Positions 7,982-14,751 of a DNA stretch of 18,793 nt are shown here, in pieces. The translations under genes and the position numbers were made by a program. Position 1 is the first letter of the stretch. Each line of letters begins with the position of its first letter. Origin of the DNA: Candidatus Aenigmatarchaeota archaeon (GTDB lineage: Archaea > Aenigmatarchaeota > Aenigmatarchaeia > Aenigmatarchaeales > JACQIB01); NCBI GenBank assembly GCA_046760225.1, contig JBHIDR010000016.1, positions 1 to 18,793 on the forward strand, read 5' to 3'. The notes beneath the pieces were generated by a model. It was not told where the DNA came from, made no database searches, and saw only the letters and a program-made list of their open reading frames with translations.

Positions 7982-8173
7982 TGGTGTCAGGGGCGGGCTT
8001 CGAACCCGCGACTTCTGGCCCTCGTTTTAGAGAGTCTCCAGATCTCTCAGCCTTAAGTCATACCAGCTTAGCTGGTCATAACTCATACGCATATGAGTTT
8101 CGCCGGAGGCTCTGGCGCTCTACCAGGTTTCCCGCCATCAGGCCTCAGCCTAAAGGCTCTGAGCCACCCTGAC
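7982..8173 (-). tRNA. Elongator tRNA-Met(CAT) with four introns (15/16, 30/31, 37/38, 45/46)
   Basis: Mature: GTCAGGG TG GCTC AGCCTGGTA GAGC G CCAGA CTCATAA TCTGG AGGTC GCGGG TTCGAAG CCCGC CCCTGAC A CCA (77 nt). Introns: 8128-8158 (31 nt), 8099-8111 (13 nt; CGCC/GGCG), 8044-8091 (48 nt; CTCA/TGAG), 8013-8035 (23 nt; CTGG/CCAG). G1-C72 argues against initiator; Ile2 is not fully excluded. Confidence 0.88.
8044..8091 (-). ncRNA. tRNA-Met 37/38 intron, putative K-turn/box C'D' guide for Cm34
   Basis: Guide TATGAGT (8081-8087), D'-like ATGA (8076-8079), stem CCAGC/GCTGG, 3-nt bulge, C'-like ATGACTT (8055-8061), CTGA at 8047-8050. The N-5 base pairs with C34. Confidence 0.6.
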
Positions 8174-8237
8174 GTTGTTAATAATACGGAAAAAGAACTT
8201 ATAAAAATCATACCTTCTGCCCAGAACTCAAAACTCC

Positions 8238-9077
8238 TTATAAACCCTTATCTAATATGGCCATGTCTTCCTGTTCCAATCTCCAACCCAGTACCCCCAA
8301 GTTTTCTTTAATATGTTCAACATTTGCTGCCTTTACTATGGTAACCACATTCTTTTTAGAAATCAGCCAGTTCAAAGCGATTTGGGCCCGTGTTTTATTG
8401 TATTTTTTCGCCATCCTATCAAGAGTATCAAATCCTGGCTTTGCAAGCAGGCCCAGTGCCAGAGGTCTCCATGCAACAATAAAAATATCATTTTCTTGAC
8501 AATAAGGAATTATCTCAGATTCCATGTTCCTGGTAAATCTTCCCCTATTCCTGACTGATAAATTGTATTCTATCTGGTTAGCAACAATCTTATTTTTGGT
8601 GCACTTTTGTGCCTCTTTTAATTCCTCAACAGAGAAATTGCTTACACCAATATTCTTAACTAATTTTTTATGCATCAAGAAGTCCATTGCTTTCATGGTC
8701 TCTTCAATCGGGATATCTGGATTTGGTCCGTGTATAAGATAAAGATCCATATAATTGGTATTCAGTCTTTTCAAACTCCTTTTTGCCGCGGCAATAACGT
8801 CATCGTACTTTAGATTGATACTTGAAACTTTTGATGTGATGAAGATTTTGCTTCTATCAAACCCCTTTATCGCTTCTCTGACCAATTCTTCAGTGTGCCC
8901 AGCACCATAAATCTCAGCGGTGTCTATGTGAATCATGCCAAGCTCAATAGCTGTTTTTATTGCTGTAATATCTTCTTTGTCATGGGTGGTATCCTTTTCT
9001 CTATTTCCACCCATGCCCCAGGTACCAATGCCAAGCACAGGTAATTTAAAACCGCCTGTGAGTGTTTTGAATTCCAT
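8238..9077 (-). CDS. Aldo/keto reductase
   Basis: LGIGTWGMGG, HIDTAEIYG, DLYLIHGP, IGVSNFS, NQIEY. Start reassigned to ATG 9077; the longer ORF overlaps tRNA-Lys. Confidence 0.93.
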   Translation of the reverse strand: MEFKTLTGGFKLPVLGIGTWGMGGNREKDTTHDKEDITAIKTAIELGMIHIDTAEIYGAGHTEELVREAIKGFDRSKIFITSKVSSINLKYDDVIAAAKRSLKRLNTNYMDLYLIHGPNPDIPIEETMKAMDFLMHKKLVKNIGVSNFSVEELKEAQKCTKNKIVANQIEYNLSVRNRGRFTRNMESEIIPYCQENDIFIVAWRPLALGLLAKPGFDTLDRMAKKYNKTRAQIALNWLISKKNVVTIVKAANVEHIKENLGVLGWRLEQEDMAILDKGL

Positions 9078-9085
9078 AATAATAA

Positions 9086-9281
9086 TGGTGGGCCCAATGG
9101 GATTCGAACCCACGACCCTTCCCGGACAGCTTTGCTGTCTCTCGGTGTCTCCACTCACAGAACCTTACGGTTCTCGTAAAGCTCCTAGAGGTTAAGAGCT
9201 TCACCACCACTTCTGGTTCGAGTGCTCTACCAGATTGCCCGAACCTTTGAATTTTCCAAGGGCTCTCTGAGCTATGGGCCC
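9086..9281 (-). tRNA. tRNA-Lys(CTT) with four introns (15/16, 30/31, 37/38, 43/44)
   Basis: Mature: GGGCCCA TA GCTC AGTCTGGTA GAGC A CTCGG CTCTTAA CCGAG GGGTC GTGGG TTCGAAT CCCAT TGGGCCC A CCA (77 nt). Introns: 9235-9266 (32 nt; GCTC/GGGC), 9200-9218 (19 nt; CACT/GGTG), 9147-9192 (46 nt; CTCT/GGAG), 9119-9140 (22 nt). Confidence 0.88.
9147..9192 (-). ncRNA. tRNA-Lys 37/38 intron, putative K-turn/box C'D' guide for Cm32
   Basis: Guide TAGGAGC (9181-9187) is antisense to G31-A37, then TTT, D'-like ACGA (9174-9177), stem GAACC-GTAA-GGTTC, bulge TGT and GAGT. The N-5 base pairs with C32. Confidence 0.5.
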
Positions 9282-9340
9282 ATAGAATAACATAATACGG
9301 TATAGTTATTAAAATTTATCTCTTTGGGTTTGAGAAGAAG

Positions 9341-9529
9341 TTACCTCTTCCTGCTGTGCTTGCCCAGGGTCTGCTTCCACTGCCAGTTGAACTTCCTTAT
9401 CCTTGAGTCAGGATAGCCGCACTTTGCGCAGCGCTTCTTCCTTATATGAAAACTATGGTTACCGCAGCGCCTGCATCTTATGTGCGAGACTTTATTGCGC
9501 TTACCAAAAGACGGTGTTCCTTTTGACAT
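9341..9529 (-). CDS. rpl37e: 50S ribosomal protein L37e
   Basis: [23 protein letters not shown]....CAKCGYP zinc ribbon. Confidence 0.97.
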   Translation of the reverse strand: MSKGTPSFGKRNKVSHIRCRRCGNHSFHIRKKRCAKCGYPDSRIRKFNWQWKQTLGKHSRKR

Positions 9530-9537
9530 TTAACCAC

Positions 9538-9762
9538 CTATTCGCTCGATGGTGATGCGAATATTATTGTGTCTCCCCTGACTAAAAGGGAGCCAAGCTT
9601 GACTGTCCTGTCGTCCTTTGACTCTTCAGCCTCCTCCAGCCAGACATTGAGGTGCAAATCAAATGCCTGCAGCACCCCCATTATCTCAGTACCATTCTTC
9701 AGCCTGACGAGTATTCTTTTTCCTCTCCCTCTTTCCAGCACATCTAAGGGTCTTGAACTCAT
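9538..9762 (-). CDS. Sm-like archaeal protein (Lsm/SmAP1)
   Basis: RPLDVL, GVLQAFDLHLN, VRGD; the known archaeal Lsm-rpl37e gene pair. Confidence 0.95.
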   Translation of the reverse strand: MSSRPLDVLERGRGKRILVRLKNGTEIMGVLQAFDLHLNVWLEEAEESKDDRTVKLGSLLVRGDTIIFASPSSE

Positions 9763-9860
9763 AAAACCACTCTTTTTAATTGACTTTCATGTATATAAAT
9801 TTATATCTTATCCATGCGAAAGGCTTATATACTTATAAGCCAAAGAAAAGTGTGATTTGT

Positions 9861-10241
9861 ATGCTGATACAAGGAAGGAGCAAATGCAAACCGAGCGGCG
9901 GAAAAGTCCAGAAAAACAGGAAAAAGAAGAAAAGGGACTTCGGCAGGGACTTCATTCCCATGAAAATCGGGGATACAAAAAAGAAAATTCTGAAGAAGAA
10001 GGGAGGCAAGAGGAAGGTAATGCTGGCGCAGGAAAGGATAGTAAACGTGACAGACCCTGAAAGCGGCAAGACAGTAAGGAGCAAGATAATCACAGTGAAG
10101 GAAAATCCTGCAAACCCCCACTTCGTGAGAATGAACATAATAACCAAGGGCGCGATAGTTGAGACAGATGCGGGGTTTGCAAGAATTACCAGCAGGCCCT
10201 GCCAGGACGGAATACTCAATGCAATTCTCATAAAGAAGTAA
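9861..10241 (+). CDS. rps8e: 30S ribosomal protein S8e
   Basis: QGRSK..PSGG, ENPANPHFVRMNIITKGAIV, ARITSRPCQDGILNA. Start reassigned to ATG 9861. Confidence 0.96.
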   Translation: MLIQGRSKCKPSGGKVQKNRKKKKRDFGRDFIPMKIGDTKKKILKKKGGKRKVMLAQERIVNVTDPESGKTVRSKIITVKENPANPHFVRMNIITKGAIVETDAGFARITSRPCQDGILNAILIKK

Positions 10242-10342
10242 TTCTTATGAACGTGAAAGCGCTTAACAGGAAAATTTTTCAAAATAATCTTGCTAAAGCA
10301 TGGGGTAATATCGAGAGAAAATTGGTTATTATAAAATATACT

Positions 10343-10393
10343 TTGTGGTGACCATATATTTAAAATGTAATAAATGTATATTGTGGTGACCAT
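10343..10393. promoter_or_regulatory. Two 13-bp direct repeats with a palindromic core flanking a TATA-like box
   Basis: TTGTGGTGACCAT at 10343-10355 and 10381-10393 (core TGGT-G-ACCA), with TTTAAAA at 10359-10365 between them. The second copy covers the SD and start of the next ORF. Confidence 0.55.
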
Positions 10394-10622
10394 GAAACGA
10401 AATACAAAGGGTTTTATTAAAGTAAGAAAATGCGTTAATAAAGAAGGTAAAGAATATTTTCTTTTCTATTATTGTCTGAACAGAAGAAACAAAAAGACAG
10501 GCATGGTTGAAAGAGTATTTGAGCATTTCTTAGGTAAAGAGATACCTTCAAAATTTATGCCTTTATTTGGGAGGTATAGAGGCAAATATAAAAATAGAGT
10601 AAAGGTGAGATTGAATGAGTAA
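10392..10622 (+). CDS. Small basic hypothetical protein, possibly DNA-binding
   Basis: Lys/Arg/aromatic-rich (GKEYFLFYY...HFLGK). GGTGA precedes ATG 10392; overlaps the next gene by 8 nt. Confidence 0.6.
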   Translation: MKRNTKGFIKVRKCVNKEGKEYFLFYYCLNRRNKKTGMVERVFEHFLGKEIPSKFMPLFGRYRGKYKNRVKVRLNE

Positions 10623-11784
10623 AGTAAGCATTCCCCAAAGTATCACAAATTTAAGTAGGTCTCGGTACTCTGTAAATGTAGATTTCTTTAAAAAATGGAG
10701 TTCAAAGATGGCATATATTTTAGGCTTTACTTGTGCTGATGGAACTATTTGGAAATATATATTGAGCTGGGATCTTAAGAGCGATAAAGAATTACTTATA
10801 AAAATTAAAGAAGCCATGGGATCAACTCACCCAATCAAAAGGGGAAAGGCTTCATTCAGGTTAAGAATTTACAATAAAAATATAATCAGTGATTTAAGGC
10901 AGTTGGGGATTACTCCTAATAAAAGTAAAACTACTAAATTTCCTAAAGTTCCAGATAAATTCTTAAAACACTTTATTAGGGGCGTTTTAGATGGTGATGG
11001 TTGGATTTCTATCCACCATAAAAAGAAGGGTTCAAAAGAAATTTCAGTAGGGTTCTCAAGCGGTAGTTATGACTTTTTAGAAACATTAATAAAAATGCTG
11101 AATAAGCAAATTTTACTAACATCCAACAATCTTAGAAAGAAAACTAAAAAAACTAAAAATGGTCTTTCTACATATTATAATCTAGAGTGGTATTCGAAAA
11201 ACGCGTTTAACATTATTTCATACCTATTTAATAATTTGAAAAAAGATGATTTGTCTCTTAAAAGAAAATATAACAAACAACTAAAAGCGAAAGCAATTTA
11301 CAAAGAATATAGTTGTAAAACAAAGCTTTGGAGGAAAATAGAGAAAAGGCATAATACTAGTATCAAAATAATTTTCAATAATTTACTTATTAAAAATAAG
11401 TTATCATGTATCCAAATTGGTGAAAAGTTAGATGTGCATCCATCTACTATATACAGATGGCTAGAAAAAACAGGAGTAAGAGCATCAACCAAAAGGGTAC
11501 CTAAAAAGACTATATTTATAAAATGTCCTGTATGTGGCGAACAGTTTAGAAAATACACTGCTTCTACGAAATCAAAGGCAAAGCGAACTGGAAAATTTAT
11601 AAGATGTACTATTTGTAGAAAGGATATCTATAGGCCACGATGGTGGTTTAAGGTAAATATCCGTCCACTTTACTCTCGGAAATGTCAAGGAAAGTGGCAG
11701 AAAACACGTCTAGAAGCAAACTTACTGCAGCGCTGTCAGACAAGCGGTCGTTTTTTACATTCCATTCAAGGTAATGAAAAATGA
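10615..11784 (+). CDS. Double-motif LAGLIDADG endonuclease-like protein with C-terminal HTH and Cys pairs
   Basis: MAYILGFTCADGTI and HFIRGVLDGDGWI; HTH-like IGEKLDVHPSTIYRWL; CPVC and CTIC; AT-rich. Confidence 0.88.
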   Translation: MSKVSIPQSITNLSRSRYSVNVDFFKKWSSKMAYILGFTCADGTIWKYILSWDLKSDKELLIKIKEAMGSTHPIKRGKASFRLRIYNKNIISDLRQLGITPNKSKTTKFPKVPDKFLKHFIRGVLDGDGWISIHHKKKGSKEISVGFSSGSYDFLETLIKMLNKQILLTSNNLRKKTKKTKNGLSTYYNLEWYSKNAFNIISYLFNNLKKDDLSLKRKYNKQLKAKAIYKEYSCKTKLWRKIEKRHNTSIKIIFNNLLIKNKLSCIQIGEKLDVHPSTIYRWLEKTGVRASTKRVPKKTIFIKCPVCGEQFRKYTASTKSKAKRTGKFIRCTICRKDIYRPRWWFKVNIRPLYSRKCQGKWQKTRLEANLLQRCQTSGRFLHSIQGNEK

Positions 11785-12329
11785 AAAAAGATATTTTATT
11801 AGCAAAACTTGCTAAAAATATTAAAAGGTGTCGCAAATGCTACCTATATAAAGGTAGAAAGCATGCTATACCAGGTGAGGGACCTTCAGATAGCAGGGTA
11901 ATGATTGTGGGTGAGGCTGGAGGTGAGCAAGAGGATAAAGTAGGCAGGCCATTCGTTGGAAAATCAGGACAATTTCTGACGCAACAGCTAACAGCTTTTG
12001 GAATTAATAGAAAGAAAATTTTCATTACAAGTGTTGTAAAGTGTAGAGCTATTGGACGACCAAAAACAGTATCAATTGCAGCTTGTTTGCCTTATCTACA
12101 CCACCAGATTGCTATAATTAAGCCAAAAATTATCTGCCTTCTCGGTAATGTTGCAATAAAGGCGCTCCTTGGAAAGGGGTACTCTGTTGCAAAACATCAT
12201 GGAAAGCTAATAAGAAGGAAAGGTATCACATACATACCAATGCCACATCCTGCAGCTGCAATGAGGTTTCCGAAGTACAAGAAAAGGATAAAGGAAGATT
12301 TTGTCGTTCTAAAGAACGTGATTGGTTGA
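11781..12329 (+). CDS. udg: Uracil-DNA glycosylase, family 4
   Basis: CRKC, PGEG, VGEAGG..ED..GRPFVGKSG, VVKCR, LLGN, HPAA; ATGA overlap with the upstream LAGLIDADG gene. Confidence 0.92.
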   Translation: MKKDILLAKLAKNIKRCRKCYLYKGRKHAIPGEGPSDSRVMIVGEAGGEQEDKVGRPFVGKSGQFLTQQLTAFGINRKKIFITSVVKCRAIGRPKTVSIAACLPYLHHQIAIIKPKIICLLGNVAIKALLGKGYSVAKHHGKLIRRKGITYIPMPHPAAAMRFPKYKKRIKEDFVVLKNVIG

Positions 12330-12379
12330 ACATAATTATTTTTATAAACCGGCAATTCGAAATATATTAAGGTGAAATC

Positions 12380-12967
12380 ATGAAAAAGGTCTTTGACATG
12401 GCATTGAACAGGATGTTTGATGTTGAGAAATACCTAGGTAAGAAAACAGAGAAATTCATGGAGACAACCAAGTTCATAGCACTGGTCTCAGTTATACCGG
12501 CAGTCATACTGGCTATTGCAACCTATGTAGGCTACGGAACTATACTTGGAACAATTGCACTACCAGAATTAGCACTGGCAGGCTACATTGAAATGGCAGC
12601 AGCAACCGTGCTCATAGGAACAATAATAAGTGCGATACTGTTCCTGGTAATCGGAGCAATAGTGATATACATATTTGCAATGCTCCTTGGAGGAAAAGGA
12701 AAATACGATGATTCTGTGGCAGCACTGGCAGCAGCATTGAACCCAGTGCTCTTGTTGGGATGGATACCATTCATCAACATAATAGCTATCGTATTTTCAC
12801 CAGCAGTGTTGGTCTATGGAGTTGCAAAGAAGCACAGGCTGTCAATGTTCAAAGCAGCAATTGCAATTGCAATACCATCAATAATCATAGCCTTGATCGG
12901 TGCATATGTGGCTACAGTGACAATACCAGCAATGGTTCAGTCATTCATTCCTGGTTTTGTTGGCTAG
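12380..12967 (+). CDS. Yip1-like multi-pass membrane protein
   Basis: About 5 TM segments; LLGGKGKY, LLGWIP, HRLSMFKA patterns. Confidence 0.8.
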   Translation: MKKVFDMALNRMFDVEKYLGKKTEKFMETTKFIALVSVIPAVILAIATYVGYGTILGTIALPELALAGYIEMAAATVLIGTIISAILFLVIGAIVIYIFAMLLGGKGKYDDSVAALAAALNPVLLLGWIPFINIIAIVFSPAVLVYGVAKKHRLSMFKAAIAIAIPSIIIALIGAYVATVTIPAMVQSFIPGFVG

Positions 12968-12997
12968 GGAGAGCTTTCTCCCTTTTTCTATTTTTTT
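12966..12997 (+). terminator. Hairpin plus T-rich terminator
   Basis: AGGGAGA-GCTT-TCTCCCT (12966-12983) followed by TTTTCTATTTTTTT directly after the stop codon. Confidence 0.65.
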
Positions 12998-13029
12998 AAC
13001 TTTTTATACTAGTTCAGACTATTAAAACT

Positions 13030-14751
13030 ATGAAAAAGCTTGCAATTCTGACTGTAATTACAGTATTCCTTTTTGTGTATGCAAGTATCGGCATTGCGCA
13101 GTTTATGTTCTCTGTGGATCTCTCTGCCAATGCAACCGGCCTGTATACAGATATATTTAATATTACAGACGATGTTTATGTAAAGTTCTTGTTGACAATA
13201 GAATGTGATGAGATATATCCTGCGCCCTTTACTGTTGATGTTTATGTGATGAAGGATGCTAATAACTGGCAACATGGAACGCAGTTGAGCGGCAGTGCAA
13301 ACATGATACTGATGAAGAGCATACAGAGCGATGCCAATGGCAAGATACAACTTACAAAGTTATGGGAACACAAGCTCACTCCTGGCGATTATGATATAAT
13401 AGTCGATGCCAACAGGAACGGGGTGTACGACCAATTTTTAACAGAAGAACACTTCTGCTATGAACCTGTAGATAATGACACGGGTGTTGGCTTTACTGTG
13501 ATAAAGCCGCCTACAGGAAGCGGTAGTGCAGAAGGGGGAGGAGGTTCACTGGGCGGCACAGGAATAGGTGATCATGACTGGTATTATGATCCGGATGCAG
13601 ACCCCTATAATGAGATGCTGCAAGTGGCTGTGGAATCTGAAGGAGAGCCCTTGGTTGGAATGAACATAACACTCAATGCAAGCGGCACAGGAAATGACAA
13701 GGACGACATTGTAAAAGTTGATATAATATGGGACAAGGACGGGGATGGCTTTTATGACACTGGCTCGGACAAGATAGTCGGAACAGGAGATTATGCTTCT
13801 GATGACGGCACGCTGACAATAGACATGAGCTCTGGCGAGCAGTTCTATGTTGAAAAGGACGAGATAGAATACCTGCTCATTGCGTATGAATTATCTTCAG
13901 CTACTGATGTTGGGTCAACATTCTCATTCAGTGTGACATCGATATGGATGCAGGGTGATGATTCTAAGGATGATATAGAAGTCAGTGGCCTGCCGATAGA
14001 TGGCCCTGTAAAGACAACCATAGAGGCACCCGCAGCATTATGTACAGTTGAGGACTGTTCTGCATGCACGAACGCAACAGAGTGTGTGGATGTTGGATGT
14101 GGGTGGTGCGGCGGAACCCTGGAGTGTAAGGACGTAATTCTTGTTAAGTGCCAGCCAGGTGAAAGCGAGGGAAAGGACAAATACTGCAAGAACAACTGTA
14201 CATGGGGAACATGCGCAGGAACTGATGATGAATGCTACAGCGAGGCAGGGGAATGCAAGGCATGCGGAGCAAATGAGGAGTGCGAAGATTTTGAATGTGT
14301 TGCTGTCGAGCTATGTACAGGGGCTATCAGTTTGGGCCTTGAGCTCAAGGATATGGCAGCAGGAGAAGTAACCAGACAGCTCCTTGTAGCGACAACAGGG
14401 GGGCTGTCCAACTGCGATGGCAAGAGTGTTGAAGTAAGGAAAGATAGCTGCGCAGGAACTGTTGCCCGTACCTGCACTGTCAGCGGAGCAGGTTGTGAGG
14501 CCTGGGCTGATAGACCAGAACCTGGCACGCATACCTATGCTGCCTGCATTGATATGAACGGGGATGGTGATTTTCTGGATGTTGGTGAAAGCGCAACAGC
14601 CGACATTGAGGTGCCAGCCTTTGATATTCTTATGATAATCATCATTGTTGTCATAGTGGCAGCAATAGCTGGTATAGCGCTATGGTACTTCAAGATGAGG
14701 AAGCCGAAGATAAAGGCCCCTACAGCACCACTTGAATATCCTACAGCCTGA
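13030..14751 (+). CDS. Secreted, C-terminally membrane-anchored acidic Cys-rich surface protein
   Basis: Signal peptide MKKLAIL..., DxNxNG/DxDGDG loops, Gly-rich linker, Cys-dense block, C-terminal TM followed by a basic tail. Confidence 0.8.
   Translation: MKKLAILTVITVFLFVYASIGIAQFMFSVDLSANATGLYTDIFNITDDVYVKFLLTIECDEIYPAPFTVDVYVMKDANNWQHGTQLSGSANMILMKSIQSDANGKIQLTKLWEHKLTPGDYDIIVDANRNGVYDQFLTEEHFCYEPVDNDTGVGFTVIKPPTGSGSAEGGGGSLGGTGIGDHDWYYDPDADPYNEMLQVAVESEGEPLVGMNITLNASGTGNDKDDIVKVDIIWDKDGDGFYDTGSDKIVGTGDYASDDGTLTIDMSSGEQFYVEKDEIEYLLIAYELSSATDVGSTFSFSVTSIWMQGDDSKDDIEVSGLPIDGPVKTTIEAPAALCTVEDCSACTNATECVDVGCGWCGGTLECKDVILVKCQPGESEGKDKYCKNNCTWGTCAGTDDECYSEAGECKACGANEECEDFECVAVELCTGAISLGLELKDMAAGEVTRQLLVATTGGLSNCDGKSVEVRKDSCAGTVARTCTVSGAGCEAWADRPEPGTHTYAACIDMNGDGDFLDVGESATADIEVPAFDILMIIIIVVIVAAIAGIALWYFKMRKPKIKAPTAPLEYPTA

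Noticed and set aside
8044..8100. Alternative anticodons for the 7982-8173 tRNA (Leu TAA from CTTAAG, or Phe from the CCAGA/TCTGG stem)
   Set aside because: Only CAT gives perfect BHBs for both flanking introns and a 7-nt loop; the apparent long variable arm is itself a BHB intron.
8128..8158. Two tandem introns in the Met D-loop (repeated CCTG)
   Set aside because: A single 31-nt intron folds into one long hairpin with a BHB and matches the Lys 15/16 position.
3343..9158. N-terminal extensions of HIT (to 3414) and AKR (to 9158), and short ORFs 1934-2116, 3356-3595 and 7981-8172
   Set aside because: They overlap tRNA genes. Downstream ATGs match the family starts, and the antisense ORFs are shadows of GC-rich tRNA sequence.
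10242..10342. SRP RNA or a self-splicing intron downstream of rps8e
   Set aside because: The stretch is short and AT-rich, with no recognisable SRP helix 8 or group I core.
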